Positions 50,725 to 63,240 of a DNA stretch of 64,000 bases are shown piece by piece; within the stretch, counting starts at the first letter, position 1; each line of letters opens with the position of its first letter. Under the pieces are notes generated by a model that had not been told where the DNA came from, searched no databases, and was given only the letters and a program-made list of their open reading frames with translations. Made by a program: the position numbers and the translations under genes. The DNA comes from Cetorhinus maximus (lineage: Eukaryota): NCBI RefSeq assembly GCF_964194155.1, contig NC_135881.1, forward strand, positions 185,752,001 through 185,816,000, read 5' to 3'.

Positions 50725-53300
50725 AGTTTAAGAAAATGGACCACTACCTCCACAATGACTTAATACGGAGATGACATTGGTGTAGAAGTTTGCTGATGCG
50801 TTAGCTAGATTCGTGATTTTACTGTTAAAACTTATTGTGTGTCCTTACTGCAGTTTTGATATCAGATGTGTGTTGGGTGATTAATGCAGTGCGTTTTATT
50901 TTAAAAATATATTTAACTGCTTTTTTAAAGTTAAACTAGAAAAATTTGGTTTACTTGTATATTTTGTCAGGTATTCCGATTCATTTTTCTGAAGACTTAT
51001 TGATCAAATATATTTTAAATGGATTGAACGCCAAGCTTACACATTCAGAATTGAACCTATAGCCAAGTAGAAATAGATTTCGATTATGTATAAAGGCATT
51101 GTTTACCTTACATATTAACATGAATCATACAGCAAGTTTATATATCAGAACAGATATCACACAATGCAGAAACCAAACAATTCTCTGGAAGAACTAGTGT
51201 CCCACAAATACAAAAGTGTTTGTGAAGTGACTGATATTAAGTTGGCTGGTTTCATGATGGTTAATGATATGAATCTTTATTGGATACTAGCCTGAAGCCT
51301 TTAGCAAGGACGACAATGTGCACGTTAGACTTTATATGAATCAACAGCAGGATTGTTTCCTTTTTAAAATTTTCTTTGTGGAAAAGGTGCTATACTGGGT
51401 TTTAATTTCCAACAAAGCCTTTTGGGCATGGTGATCTGAACATATAATAACAATGTGAATGAAGTACATCTTGAACAGCATTAGCATCTTTTTCTTTGAT
51501 GGAAGAATATGTTTGAGACTAAATGCTATGTTGACTGAACCCTCCCCCAGCTTGCAATGTTTCCTTAGTGTTTCCATATAAAATGGACATTTCTTACTGT
51601 TTAAGCAGTTCAGTAAAAATTGCTGTAATCTATGTCCAGAATATTTTTTTGAATTTCTCTCATTTGATTGATATTTTTGAATTTTGTGTGCATAAAATAG
51701 AGAACACATTCCTGTTTATGTCTGATGCAATTTTGTCTTCTCCTTGCTCACAATCACTGTATTTCATTCCTAGCCCTAATGAATGGGCTGCTGATCTGTT
51801 CCCAAACCTCTTCCAATAACACTCAGTAAACAGTCGCTGGAAGGTATGTAAGGTGGTGGGGTGGGGGGGGACGCTTCGGGTGATTCATCTTTTTATTTTT
51901 GCATAACTTTCCACTACATCCTCTTGCAACTCATCTAAGGTAAGAACCTTATCATGCAGGGTTTATGATTTGTATCCACTTTGTCTGTGAAATGTCACTC
52001 ACGATTTCCAATTGAAACACAGCAGTGCATTGGCACCTTATTTAACAGTCCCACTGCTTTCTAAACTGCAGCGGCTATGCCCTTTCAATATGGAACGATT
52101 CAAAATAAAGCATGCAGCAAGATATTTATACGTTTAGGAAATTAATATTTAATGTTTTCTAACAAGATTGATGTGTAAGACTAGAAGCCATACTGAATGC
52201 ATCAGCCTGCCAAATCAAGACGCTGTGAGCGGAATAACATACATTTTAATATGAAATGTCACTGGATACATTAAGAACGTTATGCTCTGCTAAATAGTAA
52301 TTTGCAAAATAAAATGACTAATTGAGAGGAATAACCTGATTTCCTCATAACATTGAAAGACTGGGAACAGGTTTCTTTTGTTTCTCTCCATTCATTTTTC
52401 TGGCTCCTGCCCTTCTTTCCTCTCCACATCTAATTGTCCCTTGAAATGTATTTACAGTGACTATTTCATAGCCATTTTTCTTGTAATTTATTCCATAATT
52501 ATATTACTCTTTGAGGAGAACATTTTTGCCTCATATCCTCTGACCCCCCTGTCATTTGCAGTCTTCCTTTATCAATAAATTTCTGATAACCAGTGTTTCA
52601 ATACTGTCTCGTTAGGTGGTAATGTTCTTCCAGTGATTAGAAGACCACTACTGTGGATAGCTCTGTTGATGGGTCTGATTAGCAACTTTAACATTTATAC
52701 ATCCCTCTGCCAATGTATTCCTGCACCATTTTTGCCACAGCCACACACTGGCTTGATGGATTCATAAATCTCAGATTTCATAAATTTCACTTCAGATCTC
52801 TTTCATGATCAGCATGCTGATGACTGTTCTGTTTTAATGTTTACACTCTTACCCCTCTAACTTCTTTATTGTGTGATTGTGTTGCTTAATACAGCAGCTT
52901 GATGTATGTATTTTGTTCATTACAATTTAAATGTTTGTAAAGCTAGTACCGCTGAAGAATATTAAAGAACTTTACTCAGGACTAGTGTTTCTTAGATCTA
53001 CCTATCACAGTGAGGGTTACACTAAACTGGAGGAAATACCTGTGTAAGTTGAAAACTTAATGATCTAATAGATCGACACTACTAATTCCAGGTTAGTCAT
53101 GTGCCTTGGCTGTTAGATCCTGGTTGGGCTGAAGGTAAACTCAGAGGCTGCCCTTCATTTTTGTTTTCAACATCAAGATAATTTTTACATTTTATTTGCA
53201 GATTTGAAGAATATTAAGCTCTTTCATTGTCTTTGGAAAATTGCATAAATCTAAACAGAGTACTTGTTCACGTCTCCCATGAATAAAGCTGCTTTGTGTC
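50725..53300 (+). other. EAF1: Probable long EAF1 3' UTR
   Basis: AT-rich and repeat-poor; AATAAA at 52104, ~52308, ~52574 and 53282. Confidence 0.45.
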
Positions 53301-53439
53301 CAGAATATACACTCAGTTGGTGATGTTAGTTGAGTTATTTAACGCCACTCCACAATTGTGGCTTGTGATCTTTGTTCACCCATCTAAACAAGCAGAAGGT
53401 AAAAAGGCTATTATGGTGATTGTATAATTTATCCAAAGG

Positions 53440-54730
53440 AACATAAGAAGTAGGAGTAGATCACAGAGCCCATTAAACGTGTTCTGCCATTCAATACAAT
53501 CATAGCTGATCTTGGGCTTCAACTCCATTTTCCTGCCCGCTCCCCATATCCCTTAATTACCCAAAAGATCACAAATCTGTCTATCCCAGCCTTAAATGTA
53601 TTCAACGGTGGAGCACCACAACCCTCTGAGGTAGAGAATTCCAAAGATTCACAGCCCTTTGAGTGAAGAAATTTCTCATCATCTCGGTTCTAAATGATCA
53701 AGCCCCTTATCCTGAGGTTGTGCCCGTGTTTAAGATCCCCCAACCAACAGAAACAATCTCTGTATCCACCCTATCCAGCCCCTTCAAAATTTTATAGGTT
53801 TCAATGAGATTGCCTCTCATTCTTCTAAATGCCAGAGAATGTAAGCCCAATTTACTCGGTCTCTCATCATAGGACAGCCCCCTCAAGAGACCAATTTAGT
53901 GAACCTTCGCTGTATTGCCTCAAATGCAAGTATATCCTTTCTTAAACGTGGAGACCAAAACCGCACAGTACTCCAGATGCAGTTTCACCAAAACCCTGTA
54001 CAACTGTAGCAAAAGTTATTTATTCTTGTGCTCTAATCTCCTTGCAATAATGGCCAGCATGTAATTTGCCTTCCTAATTGCTTGTGGCACCTGCATGATA
54101 ACTTTCTGCATTCTTTGTACAAGCACACCTAAGTCTTTTTGAATATCAACACCTGCAAGTATTTTACCTTAAGAATAAAATAGCAGAATATATTTTTTTA
54201 AATGACCAAAGTGAATAACTTCACATTTCCCTAAATTATGTTCCATCTGCCATCTTGTTGCCCATTCACCTAACCTGTCTATATCTACTTGCAGCCTCTG
54301 CATCCTCTCCAAAGCTTACCTTTCCATCTAGCTTGGTATCATCAGCAAACTTAGATACATTACTCTGTCTTTTCATCTAAGTCATGAATATAGATTGTAA
54401 ATAGCTGTGGCCCCAGCACTGATTCTTGTGGTACTCCACTATTCACTGCCTGCCAATTTGAAAAAGCCCCATTTATGCTCACTCTCTGTTTCCTATCTGT
54501 TAACCAATCCTCTGTCCATGCTAAAATATTACCCCCAATTCCATGAGCCCTTATTTCGCCTATTAACCTTTTGTATGACACCTTATCAAATGCATTTTGG
54601 AAATCCAGGGATACTACATTTACTGATTCCCCTTTATCTATCCTACTAGTTACATCCTCAAAAAGCATTAATAAATTTATCAAACAAGATTTCCTTTTAG
54701 AAAAAGTCAACTTGGTTTTGCCAATCATAA
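53440..54730 (-). mobile_element. CR1 LINE RT and 3' UTR
   Basis: ORF 54360-54737: [29 protein letters not shown]...[22 protein letters not shown]. Confidence 0.9.
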
Positions 54731-55239
54731 TATGCATTTCTCTGCTTTATCTAAGCAGATGATCTAGCTCATGTTTGTTCTTAGTAAAATATATCAGAGT
54801 AAATTTAATACCATGGATAACTATGTAGCAGGTTGGCACCCTAGCTGGTGTGGGACTGGAGTCACATATAGGTCAGACTGGGTGTAAAACTGCATGTTTC
54901 GTTCCATCAGTTTCGAGATCACTTATAGATTCAGCTTTTTATATTTTTCAAACAACTCAAATTGTCGAATTGTGGTGATGGGATTTGAACTCCAATGGAT
55001 TATTAGTTCAGTAACATACACATTTCTTAAATTACAACAGGGAATGTAGTCGAAAGATGCCTAATTGGCAGCAAAGTTCTTTGAAATGTCAAAGGCGTTA
55101 CCTCAATGCAAGTTATTTTTACGAAAGGTAACTCATGGTAACACACTGATTGCCCCCTGGAATGGACGTTGAGGGGAAGGCCCTCCCTGCGGTTGGAGGG
55201 GGAAAACCAAAGAGTCTCAGATATGATAGAGAAGCACGT

Positions 55240-56130
55240 GCAGTGTTCCTGCCATTGAAATGTGGGGCACGGAGGACTGAGGGCGCGCGCTGGAGGCGCC
55301 ACCGACCCAACTCTGCCGCCATTCGATTGGTCAGCGTGCTGCTGGGGGCGTGGGTTCTGGAGGAACGCGAGCCGGAGTGAAGAAGAGAGCGCGGCGGCAG
55401 GTTACAGCCATTGAGCTGCACACAGTCCGCCACAAGGGGAGTAGCGACCACTCCGCATCCCCCACCCCCTCCTCCCATAGAGAAAAAAAAAACAGAGCGG
55501 CGCGCGCCATGGGCCGCGCTCTCCCCTAGGCCGATGCGGCGGCAGAGATCGCGCCTGAGGTAACGGACCGGACCACACGCACCCGCACCGGAGGCCATGG
55601 AATTCCAGCAGTTCGTCGACATCGCGGACAAGTGGTGCTACAACACCCCATTCGAGCTGATCGCCACCGAGGAGGCCGAGAGTCGCCTGGATTTCTACGC
55701 GGACCCCGGTGTCTCCTTCTACGTCCTGTGCCCGGACAGCGACTTCAGGGATAATTTCGTGAGTGAAGGAGCGGGCGGGAGGTACCCCCGGGGGGGGGGG
55801 GGGGGGGGGGGGGCGATTAATCAGCGCATTCCCCCCCGCCCCCAATCAGGGTTTGACCCGGATCGGTCTCGGGCCGGTTCCTGGGTTCGGTTGTCAGGGC
55901 CCCTCCACCACCTGTGTCACTCACTCCGCACCGATTGAGCGCGAGTCCCCCCCACCCCCCATCATGGCAGAAGCCCACCGGGAGGGGGAGGGGTGGTAGG
56001 AAGGGGGTCACCTCCCATTGAGCCTCAACCCTTCTCTTCCCTTCCCCCCCCGATTATACCCACATCGGGGAGGGGGAGGGTTCGGCTCATTGCCCTCGCT
56101 CCCCGCTAATGCTCGCCAAACAAAAGACCC
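55240..56130 (+). promoter_or_regulatory. CpG island / promoter and 5' region of MTURN
   Basis: CpG-rich; inverted CCAAT (gattgg) at ~55325-55330; surrounds the first coding exon. Confidence 0.8.
55597..55758 (+). CDS. MTURN: Maturin (C7orf41) first coding exon; later exons not found in window
   Basis: gccATGG Kozak; MEFQQFVDIADKWCYNTPFELIATEEAESRLDFYADPGVSFYVLCPDSDFRDNF |gtgagt versus human MDFQQLADVAEKWCSNTPFELIATEETERRMDFYADPGVSFYVLCPDNGCGDNF. Confidence 0.95.
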
Positions 56131-57399
56131 AAGCGTCAGACTTCATTGCGTTTTCCTTGTCGAGAATGACACTTTCCCCATTTCTGATCGGTGAATGCGG
56201 GCAGCTGTTTATTGAATTACATGTTCCGAGTTTTATATCTGTGTGAGGGGGACCTGAGGTGGGTGGGTGGATGCGGAGCTGAGTCTACATTCATAGTGCA
56301 AGGCGCAGTTACATAATGCTGCAGCTGATGTCCCTCCCTTCGCCTTTACAGAATGCAGAACAGGTTGTTCAGATTATCTATCAAACCTCTGTTTGGAAAG
56401 TTGCATACTTATATAACCTTTTTTTAAAAAAAAAAATGGTAACGTCCACAGCCAACTATTTGTATGCTACAAGTTTCTCGTGTGTCGCACTTATCAACGG
56501 CTGGAGAACCCGTTTTTGGGGTAAATGGGAAATCTAAATTTATGTCCAATTCATGTCGTCTACTCCTCTCTCGCCACCCATTTAAGAAAGTGTTGAAAGA
56601 GCTGGGGTTTTTTTTTTAACTCTCTGGAGAACTGTGTGGATCCTACACAATATCACGTAGTTGGCCAATTGTTGCCCACATCAAATTATTTAATTGCTAT
56701 GCCCTTGTCAGTATGAAAAATTAGATGACTTGCCTCGTTCAGTGCATTGGCTCCACAAGCACACTGATCACAAGTGGGCATTCATTATTAATGGCAGTTT
56801 GTTTCTCTGGAAAACAACTGTTTTTTGGGAAGAATGGGAGAAAAGAGCTTTGGCTTTGGAGACCACAGCTCTGAAGCTTTTAATGATCAAATGTCATGAA
56901 AAATAACAAAATTTCTGTCCTTAATTTAAAAAAAATAAGGGTGCATGAAAGACTCTACCACCTCTCCCTGTATCAAGTGGCCCAGCAAGGAGTTGAGCTG
57001 TACACATCAATATCCTCGGTGTAAATTTTGGTAGGGCAGTGAAGGAGGATACTAAAGCTAGCAAGAGCACCTCCTAGGTTAGAGAAGAGTTTGCTATTGC
57101 TTTTGGGAAGTGAACATGGGTGTGGATGTTGAGCATAGCTTTGACACCCTCCACAGCTGGGTAGACCTCCACTGCCCATTGGGTCCAAACAAATGTTGGC
57201 ACTTGGGTGAGATGCTCAAAGGCATTGTTCCCCAGGAAGTCAGTGGAATGGAGGGGACATCAAGGGTTGGTGGGGGGAAGCAACGATGGATAAATTCAAT
57301 CACAAAGTTTTAAACAGTCACAAGAGATCTTGTAGTAAAGTAGTGTTTTAAAATATCTAACCTTGCATGTCATTTGTTCATATTTTGGAGATTGGCTAA

Positions 57400-58955
57400 T
57401 CTTCAGCCAGAAGTGCCGAGTGGATGATCCACCTCGGTCTCCTCCAGAGGTCCCCAGCATCACATATTTCAGACTTTAGCCAATTCGATTCACACCATGT
57501 GATATCAAGAAACAGCTGAAAGCACTGGATACTGCAACGGCTATGGGCCCTGACAATATTTCGTCAATAGTACTGAAGACTTGTGCTCCAGAACTTGCCA
57601 CCCCCTAGCCAAGTTGTTCCAGTATTGCTACAGCACAGGCATCTACCCGGCTATGTGGAAAATTGCCTAGATATGTCCAGTACACATAAAAACAGGACAA
57701 CTCCAACCTGGTCAATTACTGCCCCATCAGTCTACTCTCGATCATCAGTAAAATGATGGAAGGGGTTGTCAACAGTGCTATCGAGCGGCACTTGCTTAGT
57801 AATAACCTGCTCACTGACACTCAGTTTGGCTTCCACCAGGGTTGCTCAGCTCCTGACCTCATTACAGCTTTGGTTTGAATGTGGGCAAAAGAATTGAACT
57901 CCCGAGGTGAGGTGAGAGTGACTGCCCTTGACATCAAGGCAGCATTTGACCGAGTATTGCATCGAGGAGCCCTAGCAACAGTGGAGTCAATAGCAATTGG
58001 GGAAAACTCTCCATTGTTGGAGTCATACTTAGCATAAAAGGAAGATGGTTGTGGTTATTGGAGGTAAATCATCTCAGTTCCGGAACATCATTGCAGAAGT
58101 TCTTCAGGGTAGTGTCCTAGGCCCAACCGTCTTTAGTTGCTTCATCAATGACCTTCCTTCCATCATAAGGTCAGAAGTGGGGATGTTCGCTGATGATTGG
58201 TGCTGAATATTGCACATTCGTGATGACTCAGATACTGAAACAGTCCATGGCGAAATGCAGCCAGACCTGGAAAATATCCAGGCTTGGCCTGACAAGTGGC
58301 AAGTAACATTCACTCCAAACAAGGCAATGCCACCTCCAACAAGACAGATTCATCACTGAATCCCCACTCTCGACATCCTGGGGGTTACCATTGACCAGAA
58401 ACTGAACTAGACTAGCCATATAAATACTGTGGCTACAAGAGCAGGTCAGAAGCCAGGAATTCTGTGAAGAGTAACTCTTGACTCCCCAAAGCCTGTCCAC
58501 CATCTACAAGGCACAAGTCAGGAGTGTGATGGAATACTCTCCACTTGCCTGGATGAGTGGAGCTCCTACAACACTCGAGAAGCTTGACACCATCCACAGT
58601 GGCAGCAGTTTATATCATCTACAAGATGCACTGCAGGGACTCACCAAAGCTTCTTAGACAGCACCTTCCAAACTCACGACTGCGACTAGAAGGACAAGGG
58701 CAGCATACACATGGGAACACCACCACCTGGAAGTTCTCCTCCAAGCCATTCACCATCCTCACTTGGAAATATTTTGCCGTTCCTTCACTTTCACTGGGGC
58801 AAAATCTTGGAACTCCCTTCCTAACAGCACTGTGGGTGTACCTACACCACATGGACTGCAGAGGTTCAAGAAGACAGCTCACCACCACCTTCTCAAGGAT
58901 AATTAGGGATGAGCAATAAATGCTATTCTAGACAGCGATGCCCACATCCCATGAG
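57400..58955 (+). mobile_element. CR1-group LINE, decayed RT and 3' UTR
   Basis: MGPDNI, NYCPISLLS, ALDIKAAFD, QGSVLGP and MFADD motifs. Confidence 0.88.
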
Positions 58956-61019
58956 CAAATTTTTAACAAATGAAATCATAGGATTGCTCTATACTGAAGA
59001 ATACTGTGAAAGTAGTGTTTCATTTTGGTTGCTTGTCATCATTCTGGATACCTATAAAGACATATTTAAGATTCATAAAATTTTGCACCAGATATGGAAA
59101 CCATTTGGCACAAAGTGCCAGTGCTGGCTCTCTGAAAAAACTATCTACTTGGTACTATTTTCTTGCCTTTTTAAATATTTAATTTTCAAATATTTATCCA
59201 TATCTCTTTTTTAAAAATGTGATCATAGATTCTTCTTCCTTCATTGTTTGTAATAGGCCATTCCACGTTCGAACAATCCTCTGCATAAAAAACATTCTGC
59301 TAACCTCTCCTATCATTCTAATTCCTGGCAACCATGTGTCTAGTTTATGCTGAAGTGTTACATTGTCCTAGGATCTGGAGTTCTCATTATTCACAAAGTG
59401 ATATTTCTTATCTACATCTTATTAGGCACAGATAAATGATGCAACTTCAGAAAACATGCAGTTGATGTATTGAGAGTAAATTAACTAAAGCATACTTTTT
59501 TGAATGAACAGCTGCATGTTTTAACTATGCCTAACTAAATCCTTTGTAACTGAAGTCACTAGTTTAGACACTAATTATTTTTTTAACAGTAAATTCAAAA
59601 AACAATCACAATTACCAAATGATATATGGGTAGCACAGCTGTATGGATTCTTGCTTACAAATAAGGGATATTTCTTTCAGTGCTGCTATAGGTTATTTTT
59701 TTTAAAATCTGGTTAGATTTGGATGACCAACCTGGTTTTAAAGAAAAGCCCTAATCATGTGAACTGTTAATGTTTTACAGGAGAGTTTGAAATACAAAAC
59801 CAGTGACTGACTAACTGCAGGCTGTTTATCTGGTCAATCCTCTGTGAAAATGTACTTGCGTATTTTTGTTTCCTTCCATTGTGTTCCTTTTTGTTCAGAC
59901 GTAGAAGATTGCAGAGGCTCATGTTTGAACCTTAGCTTTCTGAAAGGTGGGGTGTTGTCATTTTCCTGTTGGACTTGTAGAATAAATTGGAATACTGCAC
60001 TGTCTGCACTTAGCTTCAACGACAAACCTTTTCCATCCCCAAGATCACTTGCATCCACTGTTACAATGTCTGCTGCCTCAGCACTTCTACTTGAAACAAT
60101 TATATGTGTCTTTTCATCTCCAGACTTGACTACTCCTGCACTTTCATTGGCCTTTTGTAAGCTTGCAGCAGCACTAAGTCCTGTATGCCCCAGTGCTCAC
60201 TGACCTACATTGGCTCTCTATTCCTTAGTTACTCAAATTTAAAATCATCTTTACATTCCTCCATGGCCTGTCCCCATCATATCTATTCTCCCTCTTCCAT
60301 CTCTATAACTCCCACAACTTTCTGTAGTTCTGACTCTTTTGCCCTCTTGCCCCTATGGCAGATATTTCAGTTGTCTTGATCCTACTTTCCAGAATCCCCT
60401 CCCTCAGCTTCTCCTCACTTTTCTCCTTTAAAATCCTCAAGATTTTGACCAATATTTGACCAAAATTTTGGTCAATGCTCCGAATCTTCCTTTCCTGGCT
60501 TGGTGACTGTTTTTCATATCCCACTGTGTTTTACAGAAAGTGTGTTTTATGTTAATATAAACTCTTCCTTGTGTTGGAAACAGTTGGAATGTTTGCATAG
60601 ATGAGCCCACAGGTGGCAGCACAATAAGATACCAGGCTTTTTATTTGGTTCAGTTCTCTCCTCAGAAAGCAGAATTAAAATTCTAAGCTGAATTGGGACT
60701 CCCACTAGTTTGCACAGTGACAGGGGGATAGGGACATGAATCATTAATTAGTTCTGTCCATTTAGTGGAAGCATCTGCTACCTGTTAAAGTCCTCAATGA
60801 GGCATTCAAACTGAAGTAATACAGCTGACAACACAATAAAGCTGTATTGAACATATTTGGAGATAAACTCTTTTTCTCTGAGTGGAATTAGTAGCATCTT
60901 TTTAAAGAACCCTGTTGTAATACAAATGTTCTCACTTGTCCTAGTTATCTGTTTGTTTTTACAATGACTGAAAGGCACTTCAGCAGTGTACAGTTGTTCA
61001 ATACAACATAATTATTCTT

Positions 61020-61385
61020 ACGTGGGAGTCACTGGCAAGGCCAGCATTTGTTGCCCATCTCTAATTACCCTTGAACTGAGTGGCTTGCTAGGCCAATTCA
61101 GAGGGCAGTTAAGAGTCAACCACATTGCTGTGGGTCTGGAGTCACGTGTAGGCCAGACCAGTTAAGGATGGCAGATTTCCTTCCCTAAAGGACATTAGTG
61201 AACCAGATGGGTTTTTACAATGATCGATGATAGTTTCAGCCACTATTACTGAGGCTAGCCTTCAATTCCAGACTTTATTAATTGAATTTAAATTCCTCCA
61301 ATTGCTCTGGTGAGATGTGAATCTGACCCAGAGGATTAGCCTGGGCACTGGGTTACTAGTCAGTGATGTTAACACTACACCACGG
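61020..61385 (-). mobile_element. tRNA-derived SINE sharing its 3' tail with a local LINE family
   Basis: A-box-like head ggtggtgtagtg on -; tail agggtaattagagatgggcaacaaatgctggccttgccag matches the LINE 3' ends. Partial copy at ~54845-55020. Confidence 0.6.
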
Positions 61386-61494
61386 TCTCTCTCTCTCTCT
61401 CTCTTTTCTCCCCCCCCCCCCCCCCCCATTAATTATGTGCAACACCATGCCTCACCATGCAGTGGGAAGCTGAAGTTTGTGTAAACATATATAC

Positions 61495-63240
61495 ATATGA
61501 ATTAGGAGCACGAGTCGGCCATTCAACCCCTCTCGTCTGCTCTGCCATTTGATAAGATCATGGCTGATCTGATTGTGGCCTCTACTTTCCTATCTACCCT
61601 CCATACCCTTTGACTCCCTTGTGAGTCAAGAATCTATCCAACTCAGCCTTAAAAATATTCAATAACCCTGCCTACATTGCTCTCTGGGGAAAAGAATTCC
61701 ACAGACTAAATATCCTCAGAAAAATTCTCCTCATCTTCATCTTAAATGGCAGATCCCTTATTTTTAAACTGTGTCCCCCTAGTTCTAGTCTCTCCCACAA
61801 GGGGAAACATCCATTCAGCATCCATCCTGTCAAGTCCCCTCAGGATCTTAAATGTTTCGATAAGATCACCTCTCATTCTTCTAAACTCCAATGCATACAG
61901 GTCCAACCTGTCTAACCTTTCCTCATGACAACCCCTTCATCTCAGGAATGAGTCAAGTGAACCTTCTTTGCACTGCTTCCAGTGTAATTATATCCGTTCT
62001 GAAATAAGGAGACCAAAAACTGTGCACAGGATTTACATTGGTGGTCTCACCAATGCTCCATACAAATGTAGTAAAACTTCCCTACTTTAATATTCCATTC
62101 CTTTTGCAATAAGCAACAACATTCCATTTGCCTTCCTAATCACTTGCTGTACCTGCATACTAACTTCTTGTGGTTCATGTATCAGAACACCTAGATCCCT
62201 CTGTAACCCAAGAGTTCTGTAATTTCTCTCTATTTAAATAATATACAGCTTTTCTACTCTTCTTGCCAAAGTGGATAAGTTCACATTTTCCCACATTATA
62301 CTCCATCTGCTACATTTTTGCCCATTCACTTTTTTTTTTCATTCATGGGATATGGGCACTGCTGGCTAGGCCAGACTATCCCTAATTGCCCTTGAGAAGG
62401 TGGTGGTGGGCTGCCTTCTTGAAGCACTGCAGTCCAAGTGGTGTAAGTACACCAACAGTGCCATCAGGGTGGAATTGTTGGGACTTAACCTATCTATATC
62501 CCTTTCCAGACTCCTAGTCCTCTTTACAACTTACTCTCCTATCTATCTTTGGTTGCTAAATTTGCTAACGACACATACAATCTATATTAATGACTTGGAT
62601 GAAGAGATTGAATGTAAGTAGTTCAGGTCCCATCACTGATCCCTGTGGCACTCTACTCCTCACATCTTGCCAATCCAAAAATGACCCATTTATCCCCACT
62701 TTCTATTTTCTGTTAGCTAACCAAACCAATCCTCTATCCATGTTAATATGTTACCCCCTACACCATGAGCTCTTATTTTGTGTTGTAATCTTTAATGTGG
62801 CACCTTGTCCTTATGCCCTCTGGAAATCCAAGTACAACGCATCTACAGGTTTCCCTTTATCCATGTTGCTTGTTAACCTCCTCAAAGAACTCTAATAAAC
62901 TAGTCAAACACAAATTCCCTTTCACTAAACCATGTTAACTCCGCCTGATTGCATAAAAATTTTTCCAAGTGCCCTGCTACTACCCCCTTAATAGATTCTA
63001 GCATTTTCCCCATGACAAATGTTACACTAACGGGCCTGTAGTTTGCCGCTTTCTGTCTCCCTCCTTTCTTGAATAGAGGAGCTACGTTCGCTATTTTCTA
63101 ATCTGATGGGACCTTTTCAAGAATCAAGGGACTTTTGGAAAATTAAAACCAATGCATCTACTATCTCAGCAGCCACTTCTTTTAAGGCCCTAGGATGAAG
63201 TCCATCAGGGCCTGGGGACTTGTCGGCCTTTAGTTCTGAT
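61495..63240 (-). mobile_element. CR1 LINE RT and 3' UTR
   Basis: LKADKSPGPDGLHPRALKEVAAEIVDALVLIFQKSLDS through to the 3' tail; nested LINE tail at ~62330-62480. Confidence 0.88.

Noticed and set aside
55759-55938. C-terminal half of the 113-aa ORF 55597-55938
   Set aside because: Intron read-through past the GTGAGT donor; maturin homology stops at 55758.
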